From Rectinema sp. (GTDB lineage Bacteria > Spirochaetota > Spirochaetia > Treponematales > Rectinemataceae): a stretch of 64,000 nt of DNA. The translations under genes and the position numbers were made by a program. The stretch lies in contig JBDKTP010000012.1 of NCBI GenBank assembly GCA_039680115.1, positions 9,978 through 73,977 on the forward strand, read 5' to 3'. The notes under the pieces were generated by a model that ran no database searches, was not told the origin of the DNA, and saw only the letters and a list, made by a program, of their open reading frames with translations. Every line of letters begins with the position of its first letter. Position 1 is the first letter of the stretch. Shown in pieces: positions 57,776-64,000 of this stretch.

Positions 57776-59591
57776 CCTTTAAATTTGCCAATTCGGCGTC
57801 GAGCTGCATTTTCTGCCTCAATAGTTCCATAACAGACATATCCTCCGCTGTTTCTTGGCTATTACCCAGTGCAGATACACGCCCAATCTCCGAAATTAAG
57901 CGAGTTCGAGCCTTCTCTAGGCTCCTTATTCTTATGTTGCGAATTCCGTCCTCGACTATTGCGTCGACACCCTGTTCAAGCTCGCCATCCGCCGCTTTGG
58001 ATAAAACGAAATTCTTTGCAGATTCGTCATCCACGCACGAAAGAATGGACGCCGTATCCTTTAGGCCACTACGCTCTGCATTTTCCAGGGCTGCATACAA
58101 ACTACGAGCATGTGGATCCTCGAGATCGTCGAGCTTTACAGACTTACCCACAAGAGTAAAGAACTCAGGATGCAACACAACTGCGGTCACAAAAACAAGA
58201 TCCGCCGTCCGCGCTGCTCCAGAACCATCCTCAGCTGAGGCAGTCTGCCGTGCCTTTGCTCCAATCTGCCCCTGCAAAGCCTGCAATGTGTACTTTCCGC
58301 TCTTTGCGGCAGCCTTGCCATAATCGGCATAAAGCGATGCAGGATTAATTCCTATTTCTCGTGCATAGGCATCAATAGTGGCGTTGCGCTTTATTTCGGA
58401 ATCCAGCGCATCAAGATACGGAAACAAAAACGCGGATGCTTTTGCCTTCCCCTCCACAGTCTCTATCTGAAATTGACTTTGAGCGCGCAGGGCAAAAAAA
58501 TCCACGGTACTTATACTGCATTTCACAACCTTTTTCAATGCTTCTTCTCCAAAATTCTCAAGAATCTCAGAAGCGTCTTTCCCTGACTCCATACGCAGGA
58601 TAGACGCCTCAAGGCCCGCTTGGGCCGCAGTACAACATGCCTTTTCGGCGGCACGCTGACCAGCCTCGTCCGAATCGAAACAAAGCAATATCCTGTCAGC
58701 TCTCCGGTGAATGAGCTGTGCCTGCTTCAACGTGAATGCGGTTCCCAGAGGAGCAACTGCATAGGCTATCCCTGCGGCATGAAAAGAGAGTGCGTCCATA
58801 TATCCTTCGCACACAAGCGCCGTATTAGCCTCTTTCATACCTGCAACTGCCTTATCGAACGCGAACAGGTTCTCCTGTTTATGAAAAATCTCGGTATCGG
58901 GGCTATTGATGTATTTAGGTCCATCACCGGATAAAAGGCGTCCCCCAAACGCAATCACTCGCCCTTTTGAATCACATATTGGAAATATAATTCTATTTGC
59001 GAAAAGAGGAAAATCGTGCGACCGAGAGGAAAACAGCCCCGTTTGAGAGAGAAAAGCGTCCGAAAAGCTCTTCGACCGCAAAAATCTGTGGAGCCATGTT
59101 CTATCGGCGGGGGCATAACCCAGACGAAACCTCTCTACGATCTCTTTGGGAATCTTGCGCTTGACCAAGACAGCTCTTGCTTCAGAAGCTGCAGAGCTAT
59201 TCACCAAGATCCAATGAAAAGTTTCCGCTAATTTGTCATAGAGTGAATAAAGCGCGGCTTTTTCAGTATTAGCAGATTCGTCTTGACTAGAGCCCTCGAA
59301 TTGAAGCTTTACCCCCGCCCTCTCCGCAAGCTCTGTCACCGCTTCCAGAAAAGTTACCTTCTCGCTCTCCATCAAAAAATCGATGATGGATCCACCTTTC
59401 TGGCAGCCAAAGCAGTAAAAAAGCCCACGGTCAGGATCGACTGAGAACGAAGGGGTTTTTTCAGCGTGAAATGGGCACAACCCCCACCATTTTCCTCCTT
59501 TTTTTTGGAGTCGCACCTTGTCTTGAAACACGCCGAGGTAATCCGTCTTGTCGAGGACTTCCTGCAGAGAGGCAGCAGTGACCTTGCCCAT
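57759..59591 (-). CDS. dnaG: DNA primase
   Basis: [13 protein letters not shown]...YCFGCQKGG zinc finger and a TOPRIM domain (EGYMD). 17-nt overlap with rpoD. Confidence 0.95.
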   Translation of the reverse strand: MGKVTAASLQEVLDKTDYLGVFQDKVRLQKKGGKWWGLCPFHAEKTPSFSVDPDRGLFYCFGCQKGGSIIDFLMESEKVTFLEAVTELAERAGVKLQFEGSSQDESANTEKAALYSLYDKLAETFHWILVNSSAASEARAVLVKRKIPKEIVERFRLGYAPADRTWLHRFLRSKSFSDAFLSQTGLFSSRSHDFPLFANRIIFPICDSKGRVIAFGGRLLSGDGPKYINSPDTEIFHKQENLFAFDKAVAGMKEANTALVCEGYMDALSFHAAGIAYAVAPLGTAFTLKQAQLIHRRADRILLCFDSDEAGQRAAEKACCTAAQAGLEASILRMESGKDASEILENFGEEALKKVVKCSISTVDFFALRAQSQFQIETVEGKAKASAFLFPYLDALDSEIKRNATIDAYAREIGINPASLYADYGKAAAKSGKYTLQALQGQIGAKARQTASAEDGSGAARTADLVFVTAVVLHPEFFTLVGKSVKLDDLEDPHARSLYAALENAERSGLKDTASILSCVDDESAKNFVLSKAADGELEQGVDAIVEDGIRNIRIRSLEKARTRLISEIGRVSALGNSQETAEDMSVMELLRQKMQLDAELANLKGEVDE

Positions 59592-59596
59592 CTTCC

Positions 59597-60709
59597 TTAA
59601 TATCCTTTAACCGGTATAACAGCCTGCACATGTTCATCAAATGTCCTGGAGAACCTATGTTGACCAGTTTCATTGGACAATAACCTAAAATAAAGATACT
59701 GACTTTTTGTGGGATTGAACACAGCGTCGAGTGCAACTTCCCCCGGGTTGCAGATGGGCCCCGGTGGTAGTCCCGGATGCAGATAAGTATTATAGGCATC
59801 TGGAATAGCAAGGTCTTTGTAAGTAACCACTTCTGGGTGAGGCCTTCCCAACTTTTCGGTGATCACGTAGACAACAGTTGCACATGATTGCAGTGCCATG
59901 CCGATCTTGAGCCGGTTGTTGAAAACAGAAGCAATGAGTTTTGCCTCAGAAGGAACGCGATACTCGCGCTCCACAATCGACGCAAGAATGAGTTTATCGT
60001 AGAATTCTTTACTGCCGAAGTTTTCAGCGTTTCCAACAATACCAGACACAGTCTTGACGAAGTTCGCGACCATCTTCCGAACAACATCGTTTGGCTCGCT
60101 CTCCACGTCGAAGTAATAAGTATCCGGGAAAAGAAACCCTTCTAGATTCTCGACATTAAGGCCAAGCTCATGTATAAGACCCTTATCTCGAGTTGCCAAC
60201 AAAAATGAAGTTTGGCTACACACCCCTGCCTTTTCAAGTTCTTGTCCTATTTGCCTTACCAGGAAACCTTCGGGTATTACCACTTTTGCCTTTGCAGTGT
60301 CGCCATCACGCAACATCGACGCCACTGTCACCATAGCGGCACCGTCGGGGAACTTATAGTTTCCGGCCTTTATCTGTCTATCTATACCACTGATCTTTAT
60401 ATAGAGATTGAAAAAAAAAGCACTCCGAATAATACCTTCGCTTTGAAGTTCTGAACCAACCTGTCGCGGACTGATGCCGGGCCTGATCTTTACAAGTTGC
60501 GCCTGTGTATTGTCTTTGCGAGGAGGCGCCGAGAAAAAAAACAGGACAAGACTACATAAAAGTAGCGCAAATGCTGCCACAAAGATGACCAGTGCGTTCT
60601 TTCTGCCCGGCGCTTGCTTTTTCGGGTGAAGGTTACGGTTTGGGTTACTCACTTTTTTTGCTTTCTCCGTCGGCTTCGGCTGGGATTTCAAACCCCACTG
60701 GGATTTCAA
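59597..60709 (-). CDS. mltG: Endolytic murein transglycosylase MltG (YceG family)
   Basis: N-terminal TM segment, and LASIVEREY and NTYLHPGLPPGPICNPG motifs. The start is uncertain: TTG 60709, TTG 60691, or GTG 60652 (GGAGA upstream). Confidence 0.88.
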   Translation of the reverse strand: MKSQWGLKSQPKPTEKAKKVSNPNRNLHPKKQAPGRKNALVIFVAAFALLLCSLVLFFFSAPPRKDNTQAQLVKIRPGISPRQVGSELQSEGIIRSAFFFNLYIKISGIDRQIKAGNYKFPDGAAMVTVASMLRDGDTAKAKVVIPEGFLVRQIGQELEKAGVCSQTSFLLATRDKGLIHELGLNVENLEGFLFPDTYYFDVESEPNDVVRKMVANFVKTVSGIVGNAENFGSKEFYDKLILASIVEREYRVPSEAKLIASVFNNRLKIGMALQSCATVVYVITEKLGRPHPEVVTYKDLAIPDAYNTYLHPGLPPGPICNPGEVALDAVFNPTKSQYLYFRLLSNETGQHRFSRTFDEHVQAVIPVKGY

Positions 60710-61142
60710 ACTTCAAAGGAGGATTGACTCGGCGCAGAAGTATGCTTTCATAGATCTCTTCAGGCGTATAAAGGTGTCCGGTTCCAATTCCAGGACAAGC
60801 ATTACCCTCTTCAGACCATTTCAGACTTGTTTCCAGCACCTCGCTCCAAAATGGGTACGTTTTGCATTGCACTGGCCTGAACTTATATACCTTGCACCCA
60901 CTATCACCAAGAAAGACACATGAATAGTCGGTTCTTTCCTTAAGGCTAAGCACATAACCGTCCTGCACTCGTACTCTTCTGCAATAAGAGGCGATAAAGG
61001 TCTGCTCGTCAAGGCCGAGGCCTGCACTCAGTGTCGACAGATCTTGTTTGGACAACCAAACATAACCCGGTCCGCCGCAGCAACATTGCCTGCAACCGTT
61101 GCATTCGAATCTCAATCCGATTTCTTCGGCTTCTCTAAACAT
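60645..61142 (-). CDS. YkgJ-family (UPF0153) cysteine-cluster protein
   Basis: CNGCRQCCCGG N-terminal Cys cluster plus downstream Cys residues. 165 aa. Confidence 0.75.
   Translation of the reverse strand: MFREAEEIGLRFECNGCRQCCCGGPGYVWLSKQDLSTLSAGLGLDEQTFIASYCRRVRVQDGYVLSLKERTDYSCVFLGDSGCKVYKFRPVQCKTYPFWSEVLETSLKWSEEGNACPGIGTGHLYTPEEIYESILLRRVNPPLKFEIPVGFEIPAEADGESKKSE
60680..60711. repeat. 14-nt direct repeat (period 18) inside the ykgJ/mltG overlap
   Basis: CTGGGATTTCAAAC at 60680-60693 and 60698-60711. It is read as FEIPxGFEIP in ykgJ and (L/M)KSQ...LKSQ in the mltG frame. Confidence 0.9.
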
Positions 61143-61183
61143 GTAGTAAGTATCCGCCTCTGTATGAGCACCAGTCGACCGAC

Positions 61184-61210
61184 AAAAAAGCCCCCTCTAA
61201 GTGAGGAGGC
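61184..61210 (-). terminator. Intrinsic terminator after tRNA-Tyr
   Basis: The minus strand reads GCCTCCTC-actta-GAGGGGGC (8 bp including one G-U) followed by TTTTTT. Confidence 0.75.
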
Positions 61211-61212
61211 TA

Positions 61213-61295
61213 TGGGGAGAGAAGGATTTGAACCTTCGAAGGCGTAAGCCAACAGATTTACAGTCTGCCCCCTTTGACCACTCGGGAATCTCCCC
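61213..61295 (-). tRNA. tRNA-Tyr (GTA), long variable arm, no encoded CCA
   Basis: Reverse complement: GGGGAGATTCCCGAGTGGTCAAAGGGGGCAGACTGTAAATCTGTTGGCTTACGCCTTCGAAGGTTCAAATCCTTCTCTCCCCA. It folds as a cloverleaf with anticodon loop CT-GTA-AA. Confidence 0.93.
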
Positions 61296-61318
61296 AAAAA
61301 GGGCACCAACACCCCTCG

Positions 61319-61391
61319 AGCCATCTCCCGGAATCGAACCGGGGACCCCGAGATTACAAGTCACGTGCTCTGCCAGCTGAGCTAAGATGGC
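61319..61391 (-). tRNA. tRNA-Thr (TGT)
   Basis: Reverse complement: GCCATCTTAGCTCAGCTGGCAGAGCACGTGACTTGTAATCTCGGGGTCCCCGGTTCGATTCCGGGAGATGGCT. Anticodon loop CT-TGT-AA, with one U-U mismatch in the anticodon stem. Confidence 0.9.
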
Positions 61392-61406
61392 GAAGGCAAC
61401 GATGCG

Positions 61407-61436
61407 ACTATAACGAAAAAGCTTCGGGCTCGTCAA
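61407..61436 (-). promoter_or_regulatory. Candidate sigma-70 promoter for the tRNA-Thr/tRNA-Tyr unit
   Basis: The minus strand reads TTGACG - 18 nt - TATAGT. The -10 ends about 15 nt before the tRNA-Thr 5' end. Confidence 0.6.
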
Positions 61437-61581
61437 GTATTATTCCATCCGTTTTTTTCAACCTCAGATTTTTGCAACCTCAGAGTTGCGACAATACTCA
61501 AACCATGGAGATCAACCATGGGTACGCCATGGTCCAGACTACTACAAGACCAATGCCAACAAAAATACCTGTCACAAACAA

Positions 61582-62343
61582 CTAAAAAACAGGAGTCCCG
61601 TCCAGGGAAGGGTCATGTGCTGAAACTGGATGAATGCCTATGAGGCCGACAGAAATATAACCGCGTGTAACAATCTCGTGGTCGGAGGCTTCGTCGTTAG
61701 GACGACTCTGAGTCCCCTCTCCCAAAATGAAATAGATGTCGCCATTTTTTCTTTCAATTTTCGTCAATGTATCGGAATAACTGTTGTTCCCCGGATGCGC
61801 CCACAGTGCAACCAGATCGTTGCGATCGGAAGAAGGACCATTCACATTGACAAAAGTCTCGGCTTTCCAGAGCGACCGGAGCCCGTCCAGGTGAGCTGCT
61901 ACAAAACTCGCACACCCTCGGTAGTCAATGTTTGGGCCATAGGACGCACAAGAGACGGCGATGGCCGGTATTCCACCAAAAGCAGCCTGCCGCGCTGCTC
62001 CACAGGTCCCCGAGTATACAATGTCATTCCCCAGATTGGGCCCGTCGTTTATGCCGGAAATCACAAGATCCGGTTTGTTGTCCAAGAGCCAAAGGCCGGA
62101 GATGATGACACAATCTGCAGGCGTTCCTGAACAGCTATAGCGATAATCCGACAGTTTACGTACGCGAGCCGGTCGTTGGAGCGTCATAGAATGAGACACA
62201 CCAGAACGCTCGTCGTCGGGTGCCACAACATAAACCGTGTGTCTTGGAACTCCATCCTCTGTCCGTATCGACTGCAAAGCCTCCACCAACACTTTGAGTC
62301 CTCTTGCGTGAACACCGTCGTCGTTTGTGACAAGAATTACCAT
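61582..62343 (-). CDS. surE: 5'/3'-nucleotidase SurE
   Basis: ILVTNDDGVHARGL N-terminus and GINDGPNLG motif. Confidence 0.93.
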   Translation of the reverse strand: MVILVTNDDGVHARGLKVLVEALQSIRTEDGVPRHTVYVVAPDDERSGVSHSMTLQRPARVRKLSDYRYSCSGTPADCVIISGLWLLDNKPDLVISGINDGPNLGNDIVYSGTCGAARQAAFGGIPAIAVSCASYGPNIDYRGCASFVAAHLDGLRSLWKAETFVNVNGPSSDRNDLVALWAHPGNNSYSDTLTKIERKNGDIYFILGEGTQSRPNDEASDHEIVTRGYISVGLIGIHPVSAHDPSLDGTPVF

Positions 62344-62368
62344 CAGAGACTCCTAATCGAGAGGGGGG

Positions 62369-63538
62369 TTATTGTACAATATGAAGGCCACCGTTGATTG
62401 ATGTCTCATAGAGCTGGGCTCTAAAACCAAAAATGCGCTCATATTCCTCAAGACGCTTGCGGTACTCTGCAACCGCAGGGACTTTCATTATAGAAACCAC
62501 GCAGCCACCAAAGCCTGGTCCTGTAATCCTTGAGCAAAGAACTCCATCAATTTCAAGCGAGCGTTTTACAAGCCAATCTACTTCAGGGCAGGAGATTTCA
62601 AAATGATTTCTTAAGGAAAGGTGCGACTTATTGATGATTTTGCCAAAGGCTTGTGCGTCACGCTTAACCAAAGCGTCTTCAGCTTCGGATATTCTGCTCA
62701 GTTCTTCCACTACGTGAATACAGCGTCGACGAATGCTTTCTGGCAGGATCCCCATAAGGTCATCCATTTCCGAGGGCTTAACGTCCCGAAGTGAACGCTT
62801 GCCTTGCGGTGAAAGATACTGAAGACACTTATGGCAATCTTCATATCGCTGCCGCAGTTCATTTTCAATGTTCACTCGAGGCACTTTGGAGTCCGTTAAT
62901 ACAAATTCCCATTCTTCCCCCAAAAACGGCACTCCCCGCCTCTTTCCTGAAGCTAAATCTATTACAGATAAAGAGTTGGGACCTGAAACGGCGCAGGCCA
63001 AATAATCGTATATAGGCACGGGTTTTTCAAAAAAAACCGATTGAGCCTTGCATACCTCAGATGGAAACTCTTCCGGCTTCAAGTCGAATTCAAAGACGTT
63101 TTTGAGCGCAAGCGTGGCAGCCATATTAACTGCTGCAGAAATACCCAAACTCAAGCCAGCCGGTATGTTGCCGGAAATGGTGACATTTATGCCTTTCCCC
63201 TCAAAGCCATATTTTTTTGAAAAATAGTCATACACTGATTTTATGTTGTTTGCCCAGCGATCTTCTCTCTTATACTTGAGATTCGCCGTTGAGGCACGCT
63301 TGCGTTCGTTCAGGTCCAACGCAAAAAAACGCATCGAACTGTCTTTTCTTGGGGATATCGCCACCTTCATTTCAAAGGAAATCGCAGCAGCCAACACGAT
63401 ACCATCAGTATCTCCGGTGTGTTCGCCAAGCAGCGTGACTACGGCAGGCGCCGAGGCGACACAGGCAGGAGAGGAATCATATTCTGCTTGATGTGCCGCA
63501 AAGATGTCTTTCATCAATCCCCCGAGAATTTCCATCAC
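62369..63538 (-). CDS. galK: Galactokinase-like GHMP kinase
   Basis: LLGEHTGDTDG (compare GEHTDYNDG), GHMP motif PAGLSLGISAA and C-terminal GPGFGGC. Both signature motifs are slightly divergent. Confidence 0.75.
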   Translation of the reverse strand: MMEILGGLMKDIFAAHQAEYDSSPACVASAPAVVTLLGEHTGDTDGIVLAAAISFEMKVAISPRKDSSMRFFALDLNERKRASTANLKYKREDRWANNIKSVYDYFSKKYGFEGKGINVTISGNIPAGLSLGISAAVNMAATLALKNVFEFDLKPEEFPSEVCKAQSVFFEKPVPIYDYLACAVSGPNSLSVIDLASGKRRGVPFLGEEWEFVLTDSKVPRVNIENELRQRYEDCHKCLQYLSPQGKRSLRDVKPSEMDDLMGILPESIRRRCIHVVEELSRISEAEDALVKRDAQAFGKIINKSHLSLRNHFEISCPEVDWLVKRSLEIDGVLCSRITGPGFGGCVVSIMKVPAVAEYRKRLEEYERIFGFRAQLYETSINGGLHIVQ

Positions 63539-63588
63539 TTTATTCCAACAAGAAAACCAAAATAACGACGAGTTCTTGGATTTAATCT

Positions 63589-63617
63589 ATTCTACAATAC
63601 TTATGTCTTTGGTTCAA
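63589..63617 (-). promoter_or_regulatory. Candidate sigma-70 promoter for galK-surE
   Basis: The minus strand reads TTGAAC - 17 nt - TAGAAT, about 50 nt upstream of the galK ATG. Confidence 0.55.
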
Positions 63618-63709
63618 CAAAAAAAGGAATCCTTACGACCAGGTCTCGTCTGTTTTCCGTTGACCCAAACAGAGCCTATTCAGGGAACAGATCGGGGAAT
63701 GAAATGATA

Positions 63710-63783
63710 TGAGTGATACGCGATTCGAACGCGTGACCTTCGGCTCCGGAGGCCGACGCTCTATCCAGCTGAGCTAATCACCC
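63710..63783 (-). tRNA. tRNA-Arg (CCG)
   Basis: Reverse complement: GGGTGATTAGCTCAGCTGGATAGAGCGTCGGCCTCCGGAGCCGAAGGTCACGCGTTCGAATCGCGTATCACTCA. Anticodon loop CT-CCG-GA. Confidence 0.92.
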
Positions 63784-63891
63784 GAGTAGGAACTCGTTTT
63801 TCGTAAACCATGCGCCCGAGTTCTTATAACAAAAACGCTTGCAGAACGACGACAAAGGATAGTATGTTGGTGGCGGAAAGTCAATCAGATT

Positions 63892-64000
63892 ATGGAAACG
63901 CTTTTACTTGCCTCGTCTTCTCCCAGACGAAAAGATATTCTTAGGTCGCTTTCAATACCCTTTATTTCGATTGATCCCGATATTGATGAATCAGCATTCA
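63892..64000 (+). CDS. maf: Maf-family nucleoside triphosphate pyrophosphatase (5' part, truncated by window end)
   Basis: METLLLASSSPRRKDILRSLSIPF matches the Maf N-terminal LASxSPRR motif. Confidence 0.85.
   Translation, partial: METLLLASSSPRRKDILRSLSIPFISIDPDIDESAF

Noticed and set aside
61112-61436. ORFs of 67-79 aa spanning 61044-61436 on both strands
   Set aside because: They overlap the tRNA-Tyr and tRNA-Thr genes and their terminator and promoter. The open frames are explained by the tRNA sequence.
1-64000. Search for mobile elements, CRISPR arrays, toxin-antitoxin pairs and defence islands
   Set aside because: I saw no transposase, integrase or recombinase motifs. There are no long terminal inverted repeats and no regularly spaced repeat array. 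There is no cluster of unassigned genes: only four ORFs lack a family assignment, and they are scattered. By eye, base composition and gene density look uniform.

Overview
This 64-kb window is densely packed core-genome sequence with about 60 CDSs, many 1-17 nt gene overlaps and very short intergenic gaps. The gene content suggests a spirochaete (Treponema-like) chromosome: a PnrA/TmpC-type BMP lipoprotein with its ABC transporter, an HU-like protein, a LolCDE-like set and a long RecA. That taxon call is inference from memory, not a search. Left to right the window carries these genes. (1) rpmF-acpP-rnc, a CCA-adding enzyme, thiamine pyrophosphokinase and a HIT protein. (2) A run of four aminoacyl-tRNA synthetases (gltX, glnS, glyQS, tyrS) interrupted by hup. 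(3) A minus-strand nucleoside-salvage operon: BMP lipoprotein, ABC ATPase, two permeases and deoD. (4) An ABC-F ATPase, a metallophosphoesterase, an RluA-type synthase, a DUF212 protein, a GH57-like glucan enzyme, murC, yicC, an archaeal-type CMP-kinase-like protein, an SDR and galM. (5) prfB with its programmed +1 frameshift, an orphan exported protein coupled to ftsY, lolC/D/E-like genes, recA, folK, scpA-scpB-rluB-cmk-rpsA, and a GAF/sigma-54 enhancer-binding protein followed by a TPR membrane protein and an orphan lipoprotein. (6) A 16-kb co-directional minus-strand block: ykgJ-mltG-dnaG-rpoD, a Zn-ribbon protein, rnpB, a TPR protein, mreBCD-mrdA-rodA and a fused radical-SAM/DUF2344 protein. 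(7) tRNA-Thr, tRNA-Tyr, surE, galK, tRNA-Arg and the start of maf. RNA genes missed by the ORF track are RNase P RNA (type A) and three tRNAs. I found no transposase, integrase, phage, CRISPR, toxin-antitoxin or recognisable defence content, so I cannot point to a clear-cut novel system. The best candidates for follow-up are: (a) the uncharacterised radical-SAM/DUF2344 fusion at the end of the elongasome operon; (b) the orphan repeat-containing exported protein translationally coupled to ftsY; (c) a strikingly recurrent set of short tandem or direct duplications sitting just upstream of genes; (d) one near-consensus sigma-54 -24/-12 element inside the nucleoside permease gene upstream of deoD, in the same window as a sigma-54 activator; (e) a promoter-hairpin-gene arrangement in front of the orphan lipoprotein. 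All family assignments come from motifs I could read in the translations. No database search was run.
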